Shown here: positions 57,729 to 64,000 of the stretch, piece by piece
Layout: the number at the start of each line of letters is the position of its first letter
Position numbering within the stretch: the first letter of the stretch is position 1
Origin: Halomonas sp. 54_146
GTDB lineage: Bacteria; Pseudomonadota; Gammaproteobacteria; Pseudomonadales; Halomonadaceae
NCBI GenBank assembly: GCA_001507855.1
Contig: LGEN01000009.1
Location: 10,621-74,620 of the forward strand
Direction: 5' to 3'
DNA length: 64,000 nt
Made by a program: the position numbers and the translations under genes
The notes under the pieces: model-generated
The model's database searches: none
Told to the model about the DNA's origin: nothing
The model's input: only the letters and a program-made list of their open reading frames with translations

Positions 57729-59116
57729 GAATCACCTCCGCTTTGGCCACGCGTCTCATAGCGGTTGTCGATAAAGCGTGCGAGTTCCTGCTGTGAAGCG
57801 CTGATATCCGGCAGCTCCGGCTTTACCTGAGCCTGCTTGAGCTCTTGCAGGCGCGTGATAACGCTTTGTGTCTCGTCACGAGAGGTATCGTAATAGCCGT
57901 TCAGCAGCTGTAGCGCTTTGTCGATGCTGGCTTCATAAAGTGCCTGCTCTTCGTTGAGCAGCGCCAGCTGAGATTGCTCCAGCACTAAGCGCATGCTCTG
58001 GCGCAGGTAAGACTCTTGCTCAGGTGTGATCAACGCTTCCAGCGCTTCATCGTGCTGACGAATCACCACCAGGTCTTTTAGCTCTTGCCCAAAGCGCGCC
58101 AACTGGCGCTGGAAAGTGCCGGTAGGTGGCTGTTCGATGCTAGAGGTGACGGCGCGCTCTTCGATTTCCTGCGAAAGACGCAAGCTCGACAGGCGCTCCT
58201 GCTGGGCATTCAGGGCGAGATAAATACCGGTGCGGTCAACCCTGGGCACGGCATCCAGCGCTGCTAGTTCACTGGCAATCTCACGGCGCACCGTGGTTAG
58301 CGCAGGGTTGTCAGCATCAACCAAGCGGGCGTCAGCGGTACGCAGCAGCGCGGCTGCGCCTTCAACGTCGCCTTCTAACTGTAAGCGCTGGTTAGCTAGG
58401 CGCAGCAGATAAGCCGCTTCGGCATGTAGCCAGTCGCGTTCGTCGGTGTCCTGCTCTTGAGAGAGCTGGTCCAGCACTTGGCCTAGGGTTTGGTCGACCT
58501 CGCTGCGGTAGCTGTCAAGTTCATCACGCAGCTCACCCATGGTGCTTTGCAGCGCTTCATCGCGCTGTGCTTCGCCGCTGTCTAGGCGCGCTGCAAGGTC
58601 GTTAAGCGCTTGTTGCGAGGCATTGCCTTCCGCCTGCTGGGCCAGTGCGTCGATACGCTGCTGCTGGCTTTCAAGGCGTTGCCAGCCTTGCCAAGCGACG
58701 AATATTAAAGCGATTGCCAGGATAATCACCAGGATAATGGCAAAACCACTGCCTTTACCCCCGCCACTGCCTTTACCGCCGCCGCTGCCTTTACCGCCGC
58801 CGCTGCCTTGATGGCCGGTGGCCGGCGGCACGGCGCTGCCTGAGGCCGGTGTTGAAGCGGCCGCGTTAGCTGCAGGTGTTTCTGCCGCCTGAGCACCTTT
58901 GCCACGTCGCCGTGAACGGTTTTGCTTGTTGGCGTTCTGGTTACCGCTCTGGTTGCTGCTCTGAGACGAAGACGTTGATGCCTCCGGCGGTGTGGTCGCT
59001 GTCGTCTCCGAAGCAGAGGCAGAAGCGGGTTTGTCGGTCGTCTTAGCGATGCCGGGTGAGGCATCTGCAGACGTCGGTTGTGCATCATCCTGATCGTTTA
59101 TTTGTTTGCTGCTCAT
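57725..59116 (-). CDS. hemX: HemX-family protein with long low-complexity N-terminus
   Basis: WLHAEAAYLLRLANQRLQLEGD, LITPEQESYLRQ, QVKPELPDISAS. Confidence 0.88.
   Translation of the reverse strand: MSSKQINDQDDAQPTSADASPGIAKTTDKPASASASETTATTPPEASTSSSQSSNQSGNQNANKQNRSRRRGKGAQAAETPAANAAASTPASGSAVPPATGHQGSGGGKGSGGGKGSGGGKGSGFAIILVIILAIALIFVAWQGWQRLESQQQRIDALAQQAEGNASQQALNDLAARLDSGEAQRDEALQSTMGELRDELDSYRSEVDQTLGQVLDQLSQEQDTDERDWLHAEAAYLLRLANQRLQLEGDVEGAAALLRTADARLVDADNPALTTVRREIASELAALDAVPRVDRTGIYLALNAQQERLSSLRLSQEIEERAVTSSIEQPPTGTFQRQLARFGQELKDLVVIRQHDEALEALITPEQESYLRQSMRLVLEQSQLALLNEEQALYEASIDKALQLLNGYYDTSRDETQSVITRLQELKQAQVKPELPDISASQQELARFIDNRYETRGQSGGDS
58746..58808. repeat. 18-bp in-frame tandem repeat (GSGGGK) x3.5 in hemX
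   Basis: CCACTGCCTTTACCCCCG, CCACTGCCTTTACCGCCG, CCGCTGCCTTTACCGCCG. Confidence 0.9.
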
Positions 59117-59129
59117 CTGTCGCTAGCCC

Positions 59130-59909
59130 TTAGTAAGTTCCTTGATCGACATCGGCACCCTGTGAGTCGCAGGTCTCCAACGCCGCTATCAACGCAGCGG
59201 GCGTTGCTCCAGACGCCACTTTGAGGTTACAAAAACCTAGTATGCCTGCCAGTGTAGCTAAACGGCGGCTGGAAACGATTAGCGGTTGGTTCAAGGCCGC
59301 CTGATTGCACCATTTTGCCAGATGTTCTAGCAGTTCGCTGCTGGTGACGATCAACGCCCGGTAATTACCTGAAAAAAGGCACGTTTGCTGGGCGGGTGCA
59401 GGGGGGTGGAGCGTGCGCCGATAAACGGCCACACGAGTAATATTAGCACCTCGCGTGGCAAGCGTTTCTGCTAATAGCGTGCGGCCACCTTCACCCGCCA
59501 CCAGTAGAATGCGCTGGTTATCTAGCTGCTGCAGCGAAGCCAGCGCCAGCAACGCTTCGCTAGTATCTTCGCCGGCGCTGGGCGAAGGCACGTGTACGCG
59601 CACACCCAGCTGGTCATAAAGCGTTGCTGCGGTGGCACTGCCGACGCTGTAATAGTCAATCCCGACCGGCAGTTGGGGCCAAAAGCGGTCGAGCGATTCG
59701 CTTAAGCAAACGGCGGCAAAGGGGCTGACCACTACGATCTTATGGTACTGATCAATATCCAGCCAGATACGCCGCATCGCGGGGTCTTCTGGCAGCGGCT
59801 CAAGCTGCATGACGTCCAGCGTTTCAACGCGCTCGCCCTGGGCGCGTAATGCAGCGGCTAGCGCCTCACCGCGCTCGCCAGGGCGGCAGATCAGTACCGG
59901 TTGGCTCAT
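59130..59909 (-). CDS. hemD: Uroporphyrinogen-III synthase
   Basis: [37 protein letters not shown]. Confidence 0.92.
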   Translation of the reverse strand: MSQPVLICRPGERGEALAAALRAQGERVETLDVMQLEPLPEDPAMRRIWLDIDQYHKIVVVSPFAAVCLSESLDRFWPQLPVGIDYYSVGSATAATLYDQLGVRVHVPSPSAGEDTSEALLALASLQQLDNQRILLVAGEGGRTLLAETLATRGANITRVAVYRRTLHPPAPAQQTCLFSGNYRALIVTSSELLEHLAKWCNQAALNQPLIVSSRRLATLAGILGFCNLKVASGATPAALIAALETCDSQGADVDQGTY

Positions 59910-60850
59910 ATCTCGCGGCCATACACCTCGGCCAAAATAGCGCCTGCGCCTTGGTCGAGGAGTTCTTCGGCAATGCGAATGCCCAGCGCTTCGGGCTCAT
60001 GCATTGAACCCCGCCCTTCGGCGCGCAGCACTTCGGTACCCTCAGGGTTGCCGACTAAGCCGCGTAACCACAGGGTTTCATTGTCGCTGTCTAGCACTGC
60101 GTGGCCTGCGATGGGCACTTGGCAGCCGCCTTCTAGGCGGGTATTCATTGCCCGCTCGGCGCGCACTCGTGTGGCGGTGTCGGCGTCATCCAGCGGGGCT
60201 AGCAGGGCAATAAGGTCAGGGTCGTGCAGGCGGCACTCAATGCCTAGTGCGCCTTGGCCGCAGGCGGGCAAGCACACTTCTGGCGGCAGCGCCTGGGCAA
60301 TTCGCTCGTCTAAGCCCAAACGTTTTAAACCAGAAGTGGCGAGAATAATGGCGTCGAATTCTTCGGCATCTAACTTGGCAAGCCGCGTTTGCACGTTGCC
60401 ACGCAGGTTAAGAATTTGCAGATCAGGGCGGGCTTCGCGAATTTGCAGGCCGCGCCGTAGGCTTGCGGTGCCAATACGGGCGCCTTCAGGCAGCTCTTCA
60501 AGGCTGGCGTAATGGTTAGAGACAAACGCATCGGTGGGGTCGGCACCCGCTAGGATGACCGACAAACCAAGCCCTTCAGGAAAGTGCATCGGCACGTCTT
60601 TCATGGAATGGACGGCAATATCGGCGCGGCCATCCAGCATGGCGTCTTCCAGCTCTTTAACAAACAGCCCCTTGCCGCCAATCTTGGAAAGTGGGGTATC
60701 AAGAATCTTGTCGCCCTTGGTAGAAAGCGCTACAAGCTCGACTTCCAGGCCGCTGTGTTCCGCCATTAAGCGGTCGCGAACGTACTCGGCCTGCCACATG
60801 GCCAGTTGACTTTTGCGCGTGGCAATGCGCAATTTTGTGATAGATAGCAC
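59906..60850 (-). CDS. hemC: Porphobilinogen deaminase
   Basis: [43 protein letters not shown]. Confidence 0.98.
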   Translation of the reverse strand: MLSITKLRIATRKSQLAMWQAEYVRDRLMAEHSGLEVELVALSTKGDKILDTPLSKIGGKGLFVKELEDAMLDGRADIAVHSMKDVPMHFPEGLGLSVILAGADPTDAFVSNHYASLEELPEGARIGTASLRRGLQIREARPDLQILNLRGNVQTRLAKLDAEEFDAIILATSGLKRLGLDERIAQALPPEVCLPACGQGALGIECRLHDPDLIALLAPLDDADTATRVRAERAMNTRLEGGCQVPIAGHAVLDSDNETLWLRGLVGNPEGTEVLRAEGRGSMHEPEALGIRIAEELLDQGAGAILAEVYGREI

Positions 60851-60954
60851 GTTATTCTCCCTATACCGCAGACACGGCGTGTCAAACTATGATAAACCTC
60901 ATCATAAAGCACCCGGCCACGCAGTAAAAATAACCTGAACAATTAAACGCCGGC

Positions 60955-63054
60955 GTGAACCCGTTATTTACCTCTTTGTTATCTACCTTTTTAGGCGATG
61001 CCATGCTTTCAGTTGTGCCTCAGTGTGAGCTAGACCAGTTCTTTCTGCTTTCTCAGGATCTGTTCTGCTGTATTGACGTTGAAGGCACGCTGCTGCAAGT
61101 CAATCCAGCCTTCGAGACGCTGCTGGGGTACTCGTCCGAACAATTAATCGGTCGTGCCTGTGGCGTCGTTGTGGATCCCCTTGATCACCCCGTGATCGAG
61201 CGGGCGTTACAGCGAGTGCATCAAGGCGAAAAGGTTACCCCCTTTGAGGTGCGCGCTATTTCCGCAACCGGCAAGCAGCACTGGTTAGAAATTTCGCCGT
61301 CGTTGGGGGAGGACGTGATTTACGTAATCGCTCGGGTGATTACGCGGCGTAAAGCTAGCGAACAACAGCTAAAATTATTGGAGCGTAGTGTTGAATCAAG
61401 CACCAATGGTGTGCTTATTGTCGATGCTCAGAGCAGCGATCTGCCTCTGGTTTACGTCAACGCTGCCTTTGAGCGCATTACCGGTTATTCGCGCAGTCAG
61501 GCACTGGGGCGTAACTGCCGTTTCCTGCAGGGCGCAGAGACCGACCCCGCCACCGTCAAGCAGCTAAAGGTAGGGGTTACCGAACAGCGTGAAGTCCACG
61601 TGGTTATCCGCAACTATCGGCATGACGGCACGGTTTTTTGGAACGACCTGCACATTTCACCAGTACGTGATGAGAACGGCCAAGTGACGCACTTTGTTGG
61701 CGTGCAGAACGATATCTCCGAACAGCGCGAATACCAGGCCCAGCTAGCCCATAACGCCCATCACGACGCTTTAACGGGACTCCCCAACCGGGTAATGCTG
61801 AATCAGCGCTTGATGCAAGGGTGTGTGCTGGCAAGACGCTACCATCGCTATATCGCCGTGTTGTTTATTGACCTGGATGATTTTAAACCCATTAACGATA
61901 CCCTCGGCCATGATGTCGGTGATTTTATTCTGGTTGAGGTCGCCAAACGGTTAGAAGAGGAGTTACGCCCCTGGGATACCGTGGCGCGCTTTGGTAGTGA
62001 CGAGTTTGTTGTGCTGTTGCCGGATCTGGCCCATGAAAATGATGTGGTGCAAGTCGTTGAGCGCTTACTTCTGCGACTTGCTCCGCCTTACTGGTATCGC
62101 GGTAGCGAGCTGCGTATTACGGCGAGTATTGGGATCGCCATTGATGATGGCAGCATGGAGAACCCTCGCCAGTTGATTCAGCAGGCGGATTTGGCGATGT
62201 ACAAGGCCAAGCGCCGGGGGCGTAATACCTATCACTGGTTTACCGAAGATTTAAACCGCAAGGTCAGCGAACGTGTGAAATTACGCAGTGCGCTGCAGCA
62301 AGCTATCGAAAAGCAGCAGTTTAGGCTGCATTACCAGCCGCAAATCCATGCGCCAACAGGGCGGGTGGTAGGCATAGAAGCTTTGCTTCGTTGGCACCAC
62401 CCAGAACGCGGCAATATTCCGCCTTCCGATTTTATAAGCCTTGCCGAGGATACTGGCCAAATTATTCCCATCAGTGAATGGGTGTTGGCGACCGCCTGTC
62501 GAGATGCTCAGCAGCTTAATGCTATGGGGGTTGGCACTATTATCATGGCGGTCAATATCTCGCCTATGCAGTTTCAACGGCCGGGGTTTTTAGCCTCTAT
62601 TGAGCAAGTATTAGCTGACAGCGGCTTAACGCCTGCGCTTTTAGAGCTGGAGTTAACTGAAGGCGTGATGATGGACAGCACTGAGCAAGCCATCCAAGTG
62701 CTACAAGATTTACGCACGTTGGGAATACTTATTGCCCTGGATGACTTTGGAACAGGCTTCTCCAGCCTGAGCTACCTAAAGCGTCTGCCGATTAATAGAA
62801 TCAAAATTGATCGCTCTTTTGTTCGCGATGTCATCACTGACATCAATGATGCGGCCATTATTGATGGCGTCGTTGCCATGGCGGGAAAAATGGGGTTAGA
62901 GGTGTTAGTAGAGGGCGTGGAGACGTGGGAGCAGTTCGCCTACTTAGAACAGCGTAAGTGTGACTATTTTCAGGGTTACTACTTTGCTCGCCCCATGCCC
63001 CTCAGCGCTCTCTGTGCGTTTCTGAACTTACCGCCCGCGTTTACTGCTCGCTGA
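60955..63054 (+). CDS. PAS-LOV-GGDEF-EAL c-di-GMP signalling protein (start may be ATG 61003)
   Basis: PAS1; LOV motif GRNCRFLQG, NYRHDGTVFWN, FVGVQND; GGDEF variant GSDEF with RPWD I-site; EAL with EALLRW, DDFGTGFSS, EGVE. Confidence 0.92.
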   Translation: MNPLFTSLLSTFLGDAMLSVVPQCELDQFFLLSQDLFCCIDVEGTLLQVNPAFETLLGYSSEQLIGRACGVVVDPLDHPVIERALQRVHQGEKVTPFEVRAISATGKQHWLEISPSLGEDVIYVIARVITRRKASEQQLKLLERSVESSTNGVLIVDAQSSDLPLVYVNAAFERITGYSRSQALGRNCRFLQGAETDPATVKQLKVGVTEQREVHVVIRNYRHDGTVFWNDLHISPVRDENGQVTHFVGVQNDISEQREYQAQLAHNAHHDALTGLPNRVMLNQRLMQGCVLARRYHRYIAVLFIDLDDFKPINDTLGHDVGDFILVEVAKRLEEELRPWDTVARFGSDEFVVLLPDLAHENDVVQVVERLLLRLAPPYWYRGSELRITASIGIAIDDGSMENPRQLIQQADLAMYKAKRRGRNTYHWFTEDLNRKVSERVKLRSALQQAIEKQQFRLHYQPQIHAPTGRVVGIEALLRWHHPERGNIPPSDFISLAEDTGQIIPISEWVLATACRDAQQLNAMGVGTIIMAVNISPMQFQRPGFLASIEQVLADSGLTPALLELELTEGVMMDSTEQAIQVLQDLRTLGILIALDDFGTGFSSLSYLKRLPINRIKIDRSFVRDVITDINDAAIIDGVVAMAGKMGLEVLVEGVETWEQFAYLEQRKCDYFQGYYFARPMPLSALCAFLNLPPAFTAR

Positions 63055-63135
63055 GCGACGACTCTGGTACACTTTCCGCAACGACTCCCACTTTCCGTAA
63101 CGACTTTTACGTTTTGTCAGCAGGATATACCTTCG

Positions 63136-64000
63136 ATGAGCCAAGCTACGAATCAGTCTTGGGGCGGTCGCTTTAGCGAGCCCACCGATGCCTTTGTCGC
63201 ACGCTTCACTGCGTCTGTTACTTTCGACCAGCGCTTAGCGCGTCAAGATATTCAGGGCTCCATTGCCCATGCCGCGATGCTGGCCCGCGTGGGCGTGCTG
63301 ACCGATGACGAGCGCGATGCCATTATCAACGGTCTGAACGAGATTCAGGGTGAGATTGAGCGTGGCGAATTCAACTGGTCGGTGCCGCTTGAAGATGTGC
63401 ACATGAACATCGAAGCACGGCTGACCGACAAAATCGGCATTACCGGCAAAAAGCTGCACACCGGGCGTTCGCGCAACGACCAGGTAGCCACCGATATCCG
63501 CCTGTTTATGCGCGATGAGATTGATGTCATTGAAGTGGAATTGAAGCGCCTGCGCGAAGGCATGATTGAGCTTGCCGACCGTGAAGCCGACACTATTATG
63601 CCGGGCTTTACGCATCTGCAGACCGCCCAGCCGGTTACCTTTGGTCACCATATGTTGGCGTGGCAAGAGATGCTGGCCCGGGATCACGAGCGCTTATTAG
63701 ACTGCCGTAAGCGCGTTAACGTGATGCCGCTGGGGGCCGCCGCGCTGGCCGGGACGACCTACCCGATTGATCGCCACGTAACAGCAGAGCTACTAGGCTT
63801 TGACCGCCCGGCGGAAAACTCGCTAGACGCCGTTTCAGATCGTGATTTTGCGATTGAATTTACTAGCTTCGCCAGCATCCTATTGATGCACTTGTCGCGC
63901 ATGAGCGAAGAGCTGGTGTTGTGGACCAGCGCCCAGTTTAACTTTATTGATCTGCCCGACCGCTTCTGCACCGGCTCATCTATCATGCCGCAGAAGAAGA
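63136..64000 (+). CDS. argH: Argininosuccinate lyase (N-terminal part, runs off window end)
   Basis: Manual translation: [16 protein letters not shown]...EDVHMNIE...[16 protein letters not shown]...[12 protein letters not shown]...GSSIMPQKK. Confidence 0.97.
   Translation, partial: MSQATNQSWGGRFSEPTDAFVARFTASVTFDQRLARQDIQGSIAHAAMLARVGVLTDDERDAIINGLNEIQGEIERGEFNWSVPLEDVHMNIEARLTDKIGITGKKLHTGRSRNDQVATDIRLFMRDEIDVIEVELKRLREGMIELADREADTIMPGFTHLQTAQPVTFGHHMLAWQEMLARDHERLLDCRKRVNVMPLGAAALAGTTYPIDRHVTAELLGFDRPAENSLDAVSDRDFAIEFTSFASILLMHLSRMSEELVLWTSAQFNFIDLPDRFCTGSSIMPQKK

Noticed and set aside
59901-60512. 203-aa plus-strand ORF
   Set aside because: Antisense to hemC; no independent evidence.

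Overview
Core-chromosome window from a gammaproteobacterium, most likely Halomonadaceae (Halomonas/Vreelandella-like; inferred from gene order and protein sequences). 1-20 kb: housekeeping genes (yccS part, HU, rubredoxin reductase-like, ubiA, phoBR, cysZ, pstSCAB-phoU, uvrD, HexR-family regulator, NSS transporter). 20.9-25.7 kb: napEFDABC with a perfect FNR box. 25.8-55.4 kb: a roughly 30-kb aromatic catabolism supercluster (quinate/shikimate to protocatechuate, pca branch with a PcaD-PcaC fusion, pobA, catBCA, two complete TRAP systems, AEC and DASS transporters, five regulators). 55.8-64 kb: mscL, hemCDXY, a PAS-LOV-GGDEF-EAL protein and argH (partial). No tRNA, rRNA, CRISPR array or intact mobile element was recognised. 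Best leads: (1) a DUF849/BKACE enzyme carrying the same PcaR-type operator as pcaB and pcaIJF, suggesting a parallel one-step beta-ketoadipate cleavage route, with a DASS transporter upstream; (2) an unannotated sigma54/IHF-driven, ANGGA-rich non-coding RNA candidate of about 320 nt between phoR and cysZ; (3) a canonical LOV photosensor c-di-GMP enzyme divergent from hemC; (4) operator motifs that assign ligands to the two TRAP systems; (5) a zinc-ribbon MscL, an internally shortened PstC and recurrent stop-codon echo repeats. All calls come from reading the sequence; no database search was run.
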